A DNA stretch of 64,000 nucleotides from Sporopachydermia quercuum. Taxonomy: Eukaryota. The notes beneath the pieces were generated by a model. That model ran no database searches, was not told the DNA's origin, and saw only the letters and a list, made by a program, of their open reading frames with translations. Shown here in pieces: positions 13,157-27,171 of this stretch; within the stretch, counting starts at the first letter, position 1, and each line of letters begins with the position of its first letter. The DNA is taken from positions 1,178,001 through 1,242,000 of the forward strand of contig BCGN01000003.1 in NCBI GenBank assembly GCA_001599295.1. The letters are read 5' to 3'. The position numbers and the translations under genes are program-made.

Positions 13157-13971
13157 TGCCTTTACAAAGTTTGTAATCACAGTAGCAGTTTACAGCAAAC
13201 CACTGAAGGCCTAATTAAAATTGGTTGGCTTTGATTATTATATTAGTTGAACAGGCTTTATAAACTGAAACAAGTAGCCATAAAAAACATCATGGATCTT
13301 AATTGTAAGAAAATCGTTAAAGGAAGAAAGATAAAAATGAGATAAATACGATTACCTGATCAGAAATCAAGGCTCCCTTTTTCATGTTAACGTTTATGCA
13401 TTATAATGAATGTTGCCATAACTTTAAATGGAGAAGTGAATCCTATTCAACTTTCTGATTACATAATCTTCAAAGAGTTACTATCCTTCACCGTTTTGCT
13501 CAGGATTGATACACATACTCCCTACTAAAGTAACATCATTTGTTATCGTTAATCATCTGAAAGTTATATTGATGATAGTATGCCAAATGATANAATCTAT
13601 ATGTTAAAATCATTACAAAGTACTATAACTTTTGCTTTCTACTTTTTAAGTGCATTTTGGCAAATTAAGTGTAAGGACTTTCAATTCGGATAGCTCATAT
13701 ACAGTGGATCAGTCGTCAAATGGTGTCGAATTATTTCTTGTTTATTCATTGTTCTAGTTTGATAATAATTTATTAGATAAAGTATTGGCACAACACACAT
13801 TAGTGTTTTCAATAATTTGAGAAATTGGAACTACCTGGATTTTTGGTTGTCGACTCATCAAGATTGGGAGTTCGTTGATTGTATTCCATAGGGGTGCAGT
13901 GATTGACAATATAACGCTTGTTTCACGGTAACATAACAAGAATTTAATCATCAACACTACCTTAAGCAACA

Positions 13972-15234
13972 ATGGACCGAGAATCATCTAGTATGAATAT
14001 TGATGAAACAGGTTCTAAAACAGAACCTGATCAGAATGCTATAAACGAAGGAACAGCTACTCCAATAAGAAGGAAATCTACTCTGCTACTCACAGATGAC
14101 ATTGAATTCGATAAACTAAAGCTATCAAATGCAGACCAAAATACAGATAGAACTAGAGATCGAGATGGAGATTTGGATTTGGATTCTGACTCTGAGAAGC
14201 TTCTTGCAAAGGTGAACTCGGGTGAAGAAATTGTAGTAGAAGATGAAGATAGTACTAGTCCTGTTGGTGATATTATTGTTGATGAAGGAGCTCATCGCAA
14301 TCCTACTCAACCAGCGCAAGCCTCTTCTCAAGGAGACATGAACTCAGGAGCCAATAGTAATACTTCAAACAGAGACTATCAAAATGAATCTGGACAGAAT
14401 GATTCTGCTTCTATGGCTGAATCAATATCACAAGAGTCAACTTCTCGTGGAAATCCTGCTCCACAGACTCAGGCTGCTCGCCAGCCAAGTTTATACCCAA
14501 CTGAGATCAGGTGGGTTCAAGGAGGTAAGAAAGTATACGTTACAGGTTCCTTTACTGGTTGGAGAAAGATGATCAAAATGGTTCCTTGTGGAGACGGAAC
14601 TTTTGCCATCAAGCTGAATTTACCATTTGGTACTCATAGATTCAGATTTGTGGTTGATAATGAACTAAGATTCTCTGATTACATTCCTACGGCTACCGAT
14701 CAAACCGGTAATTTTGTTAATTATATTGAAATAGTACCTGGAGCTCAGGTTTCGGCTGGGGAAGAAGATGTTGGATTGCCCAGTAAAAAACGAGAAATCG
14801 ATGAAACTGACGCAGGAAGAAAAGACGCTGTTATTACATCAAAGATTGCAGAGGAAGATGATGATATGGGTAATGGATACTCAAGATTTCATGAAGATGA
14901 AGAGTTAGTGAAGCCTCATTATACGTATACCAATGTTATTCCTGCTGTATTCACAGATCCAGCTGTTATGGAACAATACTATATCACTTTGGATTCTGCA
15001 TCAAATACTTCACATCTTATTCCTCCAGGGTTGCCACCTCATCTAGAAAGTGTGATTTTAAATAATTATTCTGGAGATAAGGATAATAATTCTGGTGCTT
15101 TGCCTATTCCCAATCATGTAGTATTGAATCATTTGGCAACTACGAGTATAAAACATAATACTTTAGCAGTAGCTAGTGTTGTTCGTTATGGCAGGAAGTA
15201 TGCAACTCAGATATTGTATGCTCCTTTGCAATAA
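13972..15234 (+). CDS. GAL83: SNF1/AMPK kinase complex beta subunit (Gal83/Sip2 family)
   Basis: Glycogen-binding domain WVQGGKKVYVTGSFTGWRKMI...GTHRFRFVVDNELRFSD; ASC domain PPGLPPHLESVILN...LPIPNHVVLNHL...RYGRKYATQILYAPLQ. Confidence 0.93.
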   Translation: MDRESSSMNIDETGSKTEPDQNAINEGTATPIRRKSTLLLTDDIEFDKLKLSNADQNTDRTRDRDGDLDLDSDSEKLLAKVNSGEEIVVEDEDSTSPVGDIIVDEGAHRNPTQPAQASSQGDMNSGANSNTSNRDYQNESGQNDSASMAESISQESTSRGNPAPQTQAARQPSLYPTEIRWVQGGKKVYVTGSFTGWRKMIKMVPCGDGTFAIKLNLPFGTHRFRFVVDNELRFSDYIPTATDQTGNFVNYIEIVPGAQVSAGEEDVGLPSKKREIDETDAGRKDAVITSKIAEEDDDMGNGYSRFHEDEELVKPHYTYTNVIPAVFTDPAVMEQYYITLDSASNTSHLIPPGLPPHLESVILNNYSGDKDNNSGALPIPNHVVLNHLATTSIKHNTLAVASVVRYGRKYATQILYAPLQ

Positions 15235-17111
15235 ATAATGGCTAACTAAGTTGTGATGATATATTATAGATAACAAATGGAAAAGATGGTGAAATCTTCT
15301 CAGTGTATTGAAACTTACCAGTAGGTATTGTTAGAGCTGATGATAAAGCACAAATCTCATGGAATTTACAGACTGGAGCTAGACAGGAATATAATTGTTT
15401 AAGCAGCCATATGTCAACCAGATTGAATGTTATANTTAATGAAATCATTTACTGACCAAGTTTTCAATAATACGGACGATACTATCGAATATAATGTAAA
15501 TCGACATCTCATGGAGGTGTAGTCATGTATTTCCTTCATGTATTTTCTGTGGTGACTTGACTTGACAGCGATGATAAACATGCACCTTTACTGATCAGTA
15601 GCAAACTAACCACTACTTTTACCAGCGGGAATAATCTTGTTCCTGATTATTCAACTCACTCGAAATATATTCCAAATTATATCCCATTGGATCTTTTTTC
15701 ATTTTCGTCAGCTTTTCTCATTTGTTTCATTGCAGTATAATCTGAATTAAAGTTTGTTGAATCATGCAAGGTGAATGCAATGGATATTCAACAATAATCT
15801 TATTCACCAAGTAGAAATGCATGAAAGAGCTTTTTCAAGTATTTTGATCAAGAGTTTTCGTATATTTTTAAATACGTGAGCATCTTTTAGTAGCTATCAA
15901 CTTTGAATGAGTTTGTTAATGTATTTCGCAGGGTATATTTATGATCTTAGTTGTATAATCTTCGAGAAATCATCACCAACGAACAAAGCCAATTNAACGC
16001 ATAAGTCTGTATGAATATGCATTAATTCTCTTAACCAGCTAATACAATGAGCCAGCAGAAAAAGTCTTGAAACAATGCCGTGATTCAGAAATAACTTTAC
16101 CCAATTAAGCCAGCAACATATTTAATCATATCAACCAATAGCTAAACCAACAGTTTGTAGAACAAATGTAGTAAAAACCCGTCTATCACCAGTAACAAAG
16201 TCCCATAAATGTTGTCTGATTTATCTCTCTTGTACTCTCTACCTAGATGATAACTTTACATCTCATCTCAATGAACAGTATTTCTCGAGAATAAAGTTAA
16301 ACACAATACATAGACATGCATTCATGTCCAAATGTGCTGTTTGGAACTCCAAATTTGGATTAACGTAAATAAAACTAATAACCTCTTCCTAATTATCTCA
16401 TTGAACTTCATTTGTAAAGTGATACAGCTAACGAAACGAGAGAAAAGGAATTTGATAGAAAGAAAGCAGTAGCATCAGTACNATTTAGTTCAATGTGTTT
16501 TGATTATAGTTTATGTTCTAGCCTATTTTCCTCAAGAAAAGAAGTTCTCAAATAGAGCAGGAAAGCGTTAGATTGATGAAAGAAACATCCATCATCTATC
16601 TCATTTCCATTGATTTCTATATGTGTTGATAATTGATTGTGATGAAGATCATTGAACTGGTAGTATTATTTGGTTATATTGTTGAAATTAGCAGCAGCAA
16701 AAGGAAACAGTACAACGAGAAGGTCACAGTGTATCAACAGGGTCATTAAGATCAGTATTATCATCAAAGTGCTATCATATCATATCATACACCAGTAAGA
16801 GTATAACGGAATCAAAAGAAGAGTGATTTCTGTATCTTTTATATCTCATATTCTTTGAAAGCAGCTAAGATACATATAATTGATTTGCTAATATTTCATG
16901 AATTCACTATTCAAATAACAAGAGTCAATTGGTTGCTGAAAAACAATTGTAATCTTGGTTATTCTTGTATATCTTATTGTTCTTCTTATTAGAAGTATCA
17001 CCACCGGCAAATAATAGTTCTCTTGCTGGCAAACCAACTGTTAGCCTGCTTACACCCAAGAATATCGCATTCTTATTTTATACCCACATTTCATANTAGG
17101 GCTCATCACCA

Positions 17112-20100
17112 ATGGCTTCAAAAGAGTCTTCTATTATGGTAGCTGGTAAGTATTTCTGTTTGGATAAATACATTTATAAGAATTGGATCATTATGGGTTT
17201 TCGATATGCTTTTGCTGCATGTTCTCAATATATATTTTCTAGATATATATTTTCTCCAATAGATCTCTCTTGAAGTATTGACTAACATTATTATCTCGTC
17301 TCAAATAGTAAGAGTTCGTCCCTTTACAGCTACTGAAACAAGTAAACTTATTCAAGCTCCAGAAGAACCAAGTTTCTTCAGTGATGGAGCTCTTTATTCA
17401 AATACAACTAAATCTAGGAAAGTATCAAATTCAAGGTATCCACCTAAAGGGTTACGAAAAACAGTCAACGTGGTTGATGATCGAATGCTTGTCTTTGATC
17501 CTCCTGAAACAAATCCTATGGTTTCAATGCAACAAGCTGCGTTCCCAGGTAAAACTACTAGATTCAAAGAACATAGGTTTGTTTTCGATAGACTATTTGA
17601 TGAGACCACTCAACAGGATGAAGTTTATAATGCTACAACAAGGCCATTACTTGATTCAGTTCTGGACGGGTTTAATGCAACAGTTTTCGCATATGGTGTA
17701 AGTATATTTGCAGGATCTATAATGATATTCATGCAGCATGTATTGAATATTCTCCACTGTTATATCCTCNTTACTATATTATTAATCATATTTATCTACT
17801 ATTCAACCTATTATCATATTACGGTAACTCTTATCTTACTAACATTTCACCTATAGGCCACTGGCTGTGGAAAAACCCATACAATCAGTGGGACAACAGA
17901 AAACCCAGGAATAATCTTCCTAACAATGCAAGAGCTGTTCGAGAAAATTGAAAACTTAAAAGATACTAAATTGATAGACGTATCCTTAAGCTATCTTGAA
18001 ATCTATAATGAAACTATTCGCGATTTGTTACAACCAGTTGTTTATGATAACGAAGGAAACTTGATACAAGGACATCCAAATCTTCAGTTAAGAGAAGATG
18101 AAAATAAACGTATTTCGGTTGTCAATCTATCAATTCATAAACCAAAGGATGTCCACGAAGTAATGGAAATGATATTCAAAGGCAATCAATCAAGAACAAT
18201 GTCACCAACGGAGGCTAATGCTACATCATCAAGATCTCATGCTGTATTACAAATAAATGTATCGCAAAAGAATAGAACAGCGGACTTATCCGAAGAACAT
18301 ATATTTGCTACGTTGAGTATCATTGATCTTGCTGGTAGTGAAAGAGCTTCAGCTACAAAGAATAGAGGTGAAAGATTGACAGAAGGTGCTAATATCAATA
18401 AGTCATTATTAGCCCTTGGCAATTGCATTAATGCATTGTGCGACGCAAGAAGACGAAATCATGTTCCTTATCGTGATTCAAAATTAACAAGATTGCTTAA
18501 ATTTTCATTAGGTGGTAACTGCAAAACAGTCATGATTGTATGTATATCACCGTCTTCGCAGCATTATGATGAAACTTTGAATACTTTGAAATATGCCGAT
18601 AGAGCAAAGCAAATTAAAACCAAAGTCATTCGCAACCATCAAAATTTGGATCGTCATGTGGGCTCTTATTTGAAGATGATTACACAACAGAAAGCTGAGA
18701 TAGAAGAACTAAGAACTAGAGAGAATAAAGCTATAGCGAATGCTCTTGAGCGAAGAAATAAAATAAGAAGTAGAGTTGAGAAGCTTGTTTATGAAGGAGT
18801 TGATTCGTTGAAGGCAATTTATCATAAAACGATTAATGAAAGATTGTCAAAATCAAAATTGATTATACGACTGAATACTATCAACAGTAGAAAACAGCAA
18901 ATAGAGATTTGGTTAGCTTATTTCACTGAATTAGAAGAAACGTTCAATCATTTAGCTAATAAGAATAACGGTAATGCTAATGATATGGTGAGTACATCAG
19001 CATATTCTTCTTCTTCTTCGCTGATGAAAAAAATGAATCAACTGTCAACTTTATCTGGAAGGCTTGTTGAGAAACTGAACAATGAGTCCAACATACTGCA
19101 AAAGATTCATGAGAAAAACGAATTTCAAAGTCAGCCAAGTGATTTATCTTTATTGACAGTAGCTATCAATTCGGTATTAGTAAGACTAAAAGAAACTGAA
19201 GGTGTTACCGAATATGATATTGAATCATTCAAAACTTATGGTGAATTGATCAAACTGCAAATGAAGAATGATGTTTCAGAACCGCCAATCAAAGCTATGA
19301 TAAGTTCTGAAGATACCAGCAATATGAATGGAGCTTTCTCATTCTTATGTTCATTATTAATGAATTTGCTCAGTCAACTAATGGATTTGAATGATAATGT
19401 TGACCTAGAAAAGCATGTAAAAAAAGAGGATTACTATCGTTATTATAATGAAAGAATGGATCTATTGAATAATAAAATAGGGACAATTCTTGATACGATT
19501 ATTGGAGAGGCTAGCCAGATATTTACATCAAGTTTGGAAACTAGTATGAATGATTTCAATGATATTTCATTGCCAGATGAGCTAATAAATAATAGTATTG
19601 ATGATGATGTTATAAGTATAAGAAATAGTATTCCCTCTCATAATGTTCAATCAAACAACCTGGTATCACATAAGCCAGCCATAGCACCATCAAGCTTGTC
19701 CAATAAAACAACAATTCACATGCCAAAGATTCGACAAGNCAAATTCCCAAGAAGGGTCTCTATAACAAAGAATTCACCATTGGGTAAGATTGAAAAGAAG
19801 AAATGTATAAAAAGAGTCAGATGGGATGATGTTCAGTACTCTCCAAAGCTACAGTCAAATATAATACAGCAAATGAACGAAAGTAGTAGCAGCAGCAGTA
19901 GCAATAATAGTGATAGCATAACGCGAGAAGATATTTCTATGGAAGATTTGGGTGCAACAGATGGTGATGTTGATGTCAATGGTAGTACTGATAATAGGAA
20001 ATTTGTATCAAACGATTGGCAAGATGTTAGTAATGATGGTAGCAATGAAGGTTTAANGCTGAATAGTCCTTCAGGTGATGATACACTTAATGAGATATCA

Positions 20101-20508
20101 ACTGATGAAGTGAAACAAGGANTTTCACCATCGTTAAAAGATGTATTGAAAGATATGCCAATTAATGCTCAACTAAAAGATGGTCTTAGCTCTATAGATA
20201 AGTCAATTTTAAGAGGCTCCTTTTTATCAGGAATCCTTGATAATAAGAGCAAGAGCATCACTAATACTAATAATATTGTTACCAACGATGTTAACAAGAT
20301 TAGTGGTAACAAACCAGTCAATGAGCCAGTCAAAAGGAAAAAAGGTGGTTTGGTCTCAAGATCATTGAAGCCAAATAGTAACAACGGAAACNTCAACACT
20401 TCTAGTAGTAATACTAAAGAAAATATACCTGCAGGTAAAGGATTAAATAGTGAGATATTTGCTAGACTGACAGCATCAACAGCCTCAAGTTCAATGAAGT
20501 CGAAATAA
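17112..20508 (+). CDS. KIP3: Kinesin-8; exons 17112-17145, 17309-17697, 17857-20508; 1024 aa
   Basis: Spliced SSIMVAVRVRPF, FVFDRLFDE, VFAYG|ATGCGKTHT (P-loop), NATSSRSHAVLQ, IIDLAGSERA, HVPYRDSKLTRLLKFSLGGNCKT; both introns GTAAGT...ACTAAC...TAG. Confidence 0.95.
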
Positions 20509-20845
20509 CGGCANTACACAATATGCTTGAAATGACTAAATATTAAACAATTCTACAGTACTTCCTTTTTACTTTCTTGTTATATTATCAATATAAAAAG
20601 AGAACCGATTCATATGAATTTTAATATNAATATTAATATTAGTAGCTTAAACCATACAAAATGTCTGGCTTAGTTGCAAGNAGAATATGAATGAGTAAAC
20701 TATAGTGATCTTCCTCAGCAGTTCTATGAAGAAAGAATTCTTAGACCTGTTTACATTTTATTTTCCGCTGTTATAAGTTATATGGTTTTGTATAGATTTC
20801 AACTACTCTTACTACTCTTACTATTCTTATTTAATGTCATTATTA

Positions 20846-20850
<5 letters not shown>

Positions 20851-20925
<75 letters not shown>
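20851..20925. repeat. (ATT)25 microsatellite between convergent KIP3 and PMR1
   Basis: Perfect trinucleotide run read directly. Confidence 0.97.
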
Positions 20926-20928
<3 letters not shown>

Positions 20929-21375
20929 TTATGGTTAGTCGCAGTAGTAACACTATTATTAGAACAACTTATGAGGAACAGTACTAATAGTAATATTCGA
21001 CCCATCAGACCTATTCCCAGAATCATACTTTGTTCTTTGATATGACTAAAAATTAGAAGTATTCATTCAAATAGAATATAATATGAAGAGTCTATAAGTA
21101 GTAACCAACCATCCTAAATAGAGGTGATATCAATCTTAGGATTATTATACTTATGTTCACTCATAATACACCAAGCAGAAATAAATAAATCATAATAAAT
21201 AAACCATAATGCACTATGCTAATATAACAAATATTCAAATGTATTTCTAACTCTCTTTTGTTAGAGCTCTATGTAATTTACAAACAAGTTAGACACTCTA
21301 CTAACTCGATGCCATCTTCATCTTCATCTTCATCATAGACGCTTCATATAATGTAAANAAAACAAATCTCCCTTG

Positions 21376-24354
21376 TCACACGTTATAACTATAAGTAGGG
21401 AAAGTGCTGTTTGCTGATCTCCTAAGGAAAAATTTCCTAATCTCATCAACAATCCAAACAGAGCTTGTGAATAATGTGAGAAATACTAAATCGAGTAATG
21501 AAAGAGCTTCTGTTTGGAAGACCCTCTGCAAGAATGGTAAATATATAACAGCAAATTGACCTAAGATACTTGCCCCTACAGCTAGATTGAACATTGAATT
21601 TGAGAATAATCCTAGTTCAAATACTGATTTAGTTGCAGAACGACAAGTTAATGCATTGAACATATCAAAGAAAACAAAGCATGTAAATGTCATTGTTTCA
21701 TCTCTAGCAGTTGTGACTTTTTCATCCATTTCTCTGACATAAACATACAAAGTACCCAGGAGGATTATTATTCCTGATTGCAAAACTTTGGAGATCAAAG
21801 CTTTTGTCAATATAGGTTCACTTTTAGCTCTTGGTGGTTTATTCATAATTGAATGATCAACAGGCTCAACACCTAAACTTTGAGCTGGGGGTCCATCCAT
21901 AAGAATATTGATCCATAAGATTTGCATAGCATTCAAAGGATTTGATAGTTTTAAACAAGTGCATACGGCGATCAAACTAAGGGCTGCAACACTGGTACTT
22001 AATTGGAAACTAAGGAAGTTTTGAATGTTATAGAAAATGCTTTTCCCTTCTTCGATTGCCGTTAAAATAGTGCTCATATCGTCATCAGTGAGAATCATAT
22101 CAGCAGCTTCCTTTGCAACATCAGTACCCATCTTACCCATAGCAATACCAATATCAGCTAATTTCAAAGCAGGAGCATCATTAACACCATCACCAGTCAT
22201 GGCAACAACATCATTATCTAACTGCAGAGCTCTTACAATTGTCATTTTATGTTCAGGAGTAGTACGAGCAAAAATAGAGACGTATCTAATTGCTGAAGAT
22301 AGTTGCTCNGGTGTTAATGACGATAATTGTTCGCCATTCATAACAGGATTCCCATGTATTGTATCAATGGGCATGTTTAATTGTTTTGCAATACTTAAAG
22401 CTGTTGATTCCGAATCGCCTGTAATCATGATAACTCGAACTCCACCTGCCATTAATTTCTCAATTGCACTTCTAACTTTAGGTCTAGGTGGATCATACAT
22501 ACCAACTAAGCCCAAGAAAGAGAGTCCAGATAGTTGTAAATCATCATTATTATTATAATCATCATCATTGTCAGAGTTTTCAGATTCCTGCAAAGGTTCA
22601 CCAGTAGCAAAAGATAACATGCGTAGTCCGCCAGATGCCATAGAATCAGCGGTTTTTTGCACCATTTCTTTGAACTCATCAGTGATAGGCTTGGTAATAA
22701 CAGCGCCAGCTTGATTAGTTGTAGTATATGTTTTACAACCAACCAACAATCTTTCAACAGCTCCCTTAACATAAGTACTTCTCTTACTTGAATCATTGGA
22801 TGTAACATTAACTGCCATCCATTTTCTAGATGACGAAAATGGTACTTCTAAAGATCTCGTATAGGAAGGTCTTAAATCATTCATTTGAAATCTACTAAGA
22901 ACTTCCATCAGAGCAATATCAGTGGGGTTTCCTATGTACTTTGAAGTTCCTTCAGAAAACTTTGCATTGTTGCATAAAGAAGCCGATGACAATAAAGCGT
23001 GAATCAACTTGGTAGGGACTAAAGATGAGCTAGTGGTACGTAATCCATGATCATTGCTTGGAATACTTATGGCATCACTTTCCTTTCTTTCACAGGTCCA
23101 GAGTTTAGTAACAGTCATATGATTTTGCGTCAGAGTACCAGTTTTATCAGAACAAATAACATTGACACAACCTAAAGTTTCAACTGATGGTAATCTACGA
23201 ACAATAGCTTTCTGTTTAGCCATTCGTAAAACACCTAATGCCAAAGTAACAGTTACAACAATGGGTAATCCTTCAGGAATTGCAGCAACAGCCAATGAAA
23301 CAGAAATAGTAAACATTTCTAACCACGATCTACCCTGGATAACGCCAATCAAACAAATCAAACCAACAATAGCAAAAGAAATGACAGATAAATCTTGAGA
23401 TAATTTCCCCATAACCAGCTGCAAAGGAGTTTTGGGTTTTTCTATGTCACTCATCATTTGGAAAACCTGACCAAATGCTGTTTCTTTACCAGTTCCAATG
23501 ACAATCCCTGTTCCATGACCCTCTCTCACCAAAGTGCCCATAAATGCTATATTGTTTCTTCGGGTAATTGGTACAACAGTGTTTACCGGAAGATCAGGAT
23601 AGTGATTGGAGTTCTGGTGCGGTTGTGGACTATCGATATTTTTAGAGCTTTTATTGGCTGGCTTGTTTTCACCGGTCAAATTACTTTCATCAATTTTTAA
23701 ATGGACAGCTTCAACCAAACGTACATCAGCAGGAATTCTATCACCTACTGAAAAATGAACTACATCACCAGGAACTAAGCTGGAAGCTAAAACTGTAGAT
23801 GTGTGACCTGATCGCGTTAAATGAGCCTCAGCAGGGACTAATTCATTTAGTTTCTTCAAAGATTGTTCTGATCGATATTCTTGAACAAACCCCACTGTAA
23901 CAACAATGATAATAGCAATTGATATTGAGATAGCATCATCTCTATTTCCCATAAGAAATGATACAAATGCAGACCCACCCAAAATCAAGATCAAAGGATT
24001 TTCATAGAACTGTTGCAAAAATTTTATATATATAGGGTCTTCTTCGTCATGTCCCATATCATTTACACCATATCGAACTCTTCGTAATGTAACATCTGAA
24101 TTTGATGTCAATCCAGTAGTGATATCAACTTGAAACGTTTGAGCCACTTCTTCAATAGTTTTAGTACAGTAAATAGCCGATGGACTTGCATCAGGTGTTC
24201 CACTGGGTGTAATTGTTGATCTTATCGAATTGTTACTTATTTCTGTACTAGGAGTGGGTAATCCTGGATTGGAAGTTGGTAATCCTGAGTCTCCCCGGGT
24301 ATTGCTATTGGTATTGAACCTATTAGCTAAACCTGAAGACGGAGTATAAGACAT
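21376..24354 (-). CDS. PMR1: Golgi Ca2+/Mn2+ P-type ATPase (SPCA)
   Basis: [71 protein letters not shown]. Confidence 0.96.
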   Translation of the reverse strand: MSYTPSSGLANRFNTNSNTRGDSGLPTSNPGLPTPSTEISNNSIRSTITPSGTPDASPSAIYCTKTIEEVAQTFQVDITTGLTSNSDVTLRRVRYGVNDMGHDEEDPIYIKFLQQFYENPLILILGGSAFVSFLMGNRDDAISISIAIIIVVTVGFVQEYRSEQSLKKLNELVPAEAHLTRSGHTSTVLASSLVPGDVVHFSVGDRIPADVRLVEAVHLKIDESNLTGENKPANKSSKNIDSPQPHQNSNHYPDLPVNTVVPITRRNNIAFMGTLVREGHGTGIVIGTGKETAFGQVFQMMSDIEKPKTPLQLVMGKLSQDLSVISFAIVGLICLIGVIQGRSWLEMFTISVSLAVAAIPEGLPIVVTVTLALGVLRMAKQKAIVRRLPSVETLGCVNVICSDKTGTLTQNHMTVTKLWTCERKESDAISIPSNDHGLRTTSSSLVPTKLIHALLSSASLCNNAKFSEGTSKYIGNPTDIALMEVLSRFQMNDLRPSYTRSLEVPFSSSRKWMAVNVTSNDSSKRSTYVKGAVERLLVGCKTYTTTNQAGAVITKPITDEFKEMVQKTADSMASGGLRMLSFATGEPLQESENSDNDDDYNNNDDLQLSGLSFLGLVGMYDPPRPKVRSAIEKLMAGGVRVIMITGDSESTALSIAKQLNMPIDTIHGNPVMNGEQLSSLTXEQLSSAIRYVSIFARTTPEHKMTIVRALQLDNDVVAMTGDGVNDAPALKLADIGIAMGKMGTDVAKEAADMILTDDDMSTILTAIEEGKSIFYNIQNFLSFQLSTSVAALSLIAVCTCLKLSNPLNAMQILWINILMDGPPAQSLGVEPVDHSIMNKPPRAKSEPILTKALISKVLQSGIIILLGTLYVYVREMDEKVTTARDETMTFTCFVFFDMFNALTCRSATKSVFELGLFSNSMFNLAVGASILGQFAVIYLPFLQRVFQTEALSLLDLVFLTLFTSSVWIVDEIRKFFLRRSANSTFPTYSYNV

Positions 24355-25008
24355 TATTAACAGATGTATAAATTGTCTAATATAATGCCTAGAATTTTAA
24401 CTTAATACTTTAGTGTTATGTTTCTTAAGTTTCAAATTTGATATCTCTCTAAATGTTGTTCTAACTGCTAATGTGCATGTGCAATGTAAAACATAAAGAA
24501 TGCTCAATGTACTATTAGTAGCTTGTGTAGTACGCTACAGGTTCCATACACGCTTAGATGGATTATCAGTGCTTGAGAAGTTAGAGAATACCAGTTAATA
24601 ACTTATAAAATTCATCAATCATATACCAAATAAATAACGCAATTACCAATTGACAAATCTTTACTTATAAGAAAGATCTTTGTTTTCACTCAAGCTGGCA
24701 GGATATATCACCACAAGTTGTAACTACTCAATTGCAAGTTGGACTTATGAAATCTATCACCACTGAACAAAAGGGGAACAACAACAACCTTGCACGAGGA
24801 TCATAGCAACACTTCAATTCAGTAGAGAAGAAGTTCCTCGTAATTGCTAAGTTACCAAGATGTTCCTAAAATTTGTACTTTCCTTTCCTCTTATTTGTCT
24901 TTATATAGAGTGATGGCTACAATACAGCGCTCAATCATAAATGTTTCTGGTATAATTATCACTTCAAGGCAGTGAAAAAAATGAGCTTTCAACCTGAGAT
25001 TTGGCGGA

Positions 25009-25353
25009 AGGGTCTGGGCAAGGTTAAAAGAATTGTAACGCTTTCACAAATGTCTAGAAAGGGCAATAGAAAGCTTCAAGGAGGTGGAGGGTCTGGCGGA
25101 AATGATCGGATTGGTTGGTGAAAGGAGACGGGGAGTGAATATTGATCGTAGAATGTAAGTAGTACGGGAATGTGATATCGAATGAGATATTCTCAATTCT
25201 GGTTGGGTTTAGGAGTACTTATAAGAAGCCGGGATAATCATATAGCAGTATTTNGTTAGTGAACGTATGATAGATGGTAGTTATGATTATTGTTGATAAG
25301 ATTTGAGGTCATATGTCATAATGTTTGATCTTCAGAGTCGATATAGGGTCTGG
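25009..25353. promoter_or_regulatory. Three exact copies of AGGGTCTGG in the PMR1/GMH1 divergent promoter
   Basis: Copies at 25009-25017, 25088-25096, 25345-25353; TGGCGGAA at 25002-25009 and 25094-25101. Function inferred only. Confidence 0.4.
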
Positions 25354-26132
25354 AAATAACGAGAACAAAATATGGGTTATTGACAAGAATAAGAATTTTC
25401 AAAATTGAATTAATTTAATAACACAATTTTTCAGGCATATTATAATCAAGTTTGCAGAAGTTTCCTTATTGATTTCAAGCCTTCTAAGTCGAATTGAGCG
25501 ATCACACTTAACTCTTACTCCGACCACACTCACCATCACGTCTCAAGATTGATAATTTGCATAAAAAGATGTTATGTTACCGTTTACAGTGGAGAGAGAT
25601 GTGAGGTTGTGTCATATACATCTTCACAATATTGATATTTCTAGTTGTTTCACAGAAAGGCATATGAACATGGGAATCAATGAACAGGTGTGGGTTAAAT
25701 AGCATCGGAAGTTGAAATTGGCCATTTTAACGGAATGATTTCATACTTAGTTCGTTACTTGTAATTGACATTGATGGTGACTCATAGGGTAGATATTGGT
25801 AAAAGGATCAATCAGTAAGACTTACCAAAACAGAAAATAGTGCAGTGTTTGTTCGAGACACAACAAGTGGATTCCATATGTTGAAGGAATAAAAGATAGA
25901 AAAATCAAGATAATTGATCGAAAGAAGTTGTTGTATTAAAAACAGATTCTAGTAATTGTTGGGTCCTTTGTTGATTCCGCTTGATAGTCTCAAGTATAGG
26001 TGTCATCATTTCTGTTATTAGTATTGGTAGTAATCTAAAGGGCGAGTCCATTTGTTCAGTGCTCATTTCTAATTCACGCATACATATTCAACACATCCCA
26101 ATTGCATCATTGTTTGATATTTATTCCTCATA

Positions 26133-27137
26133 ATGTCAGAAACAAGCTTCAGTAATTCAAACGATCATATATTCTCATCGGGGAATAAACTACGACATTC
26201 CAACTTGTCTTCAGTCTCATTAAACTCAGGATCATCAAGATTCAACTCCCCAGTCCCAATTGGTGCTCAAGCAGACACATATTCAGTACGAAGCGGACGA
26301 TCTGTTCAATTTTCAGCAAATACAAGTAATGGAGGAAATCAGTTTCTGAGAAAAAAGCTGAACTATTCGCGAGTACCTGTGTTTTTCAAAAGGTAATACT
26401 AATTGATTTCATTGATTCCTTGAAATATGTCTAATTGGAACGCATTGCTAACCTCTAAATCTAGATTGCTGAAACCGCCAACTCTAGATTTTGAAACAGC
26501 CATTTGGGAAATATTCTATCTAGTGGTATCTCCTAGGAGAGTCTATCGCTCGTTATATTATCATGTATGTACACTTGTTCTGAAGATTATGATAGTTTTA
26601 TGCATTACTGGGTGACTAACAATCATTAATAGAAACGTATGTGATGAGATCAATAAAGTAATTAACAAATTTGGGTTATGTCTAGGATCTATAACTTATA
26701 TTAACATATTTCTTCCTTAAATAGAAACAAAAAACTCTTGGGCAAGAGATGATCCGTCATTTGTCATACTGATCACAGGCTTTCTTGTTGTTTCGGCGAT
26801 TGGCTGGGGTTTAGCATATTCACCGAGTTTTTTTTCAATCCTAAAACTGATTGTGTATATGGTTGTTGTAGACTTTTTCCTTTTGGGATTGGTAATTGCA
26901 ACTGTTGGGTGGTTTTTAGCCGATCGTTTTTTACATGTGAAGCGAAGATCAAGTGTTGACGGTATACTCGGTACTTCTAATATTGGGTCAGAAGGAGTTG
27001 GTACTGAGATTGAATGGGCGTATTGTTTTGATGTTCATTGCAATGCATTCTTAATTGTTTGGATCGCTTTATACTTAATTCAGTTTATTTTGTTACCTTT
27101 GTTATCCTTAAATAACTGGTAAGTGTTGTTCCTGTTG

Positions 27138-27171
<34 letters not shown>

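Noticed and set aside
15870..16110. Intron-like signals on + strand (GTGAGC...CGCAG; GTATGA...GCTAAT...CAG) between GAL83 and KIP3
   Set aside because: No exon combination I tried gave a continuous credible ORF; may be chance or non-coding transcript.
20782..21045. Poly-Ile ORFs on both strands
   Set aside because: Artefact of the (ATT)25 microsatellite.
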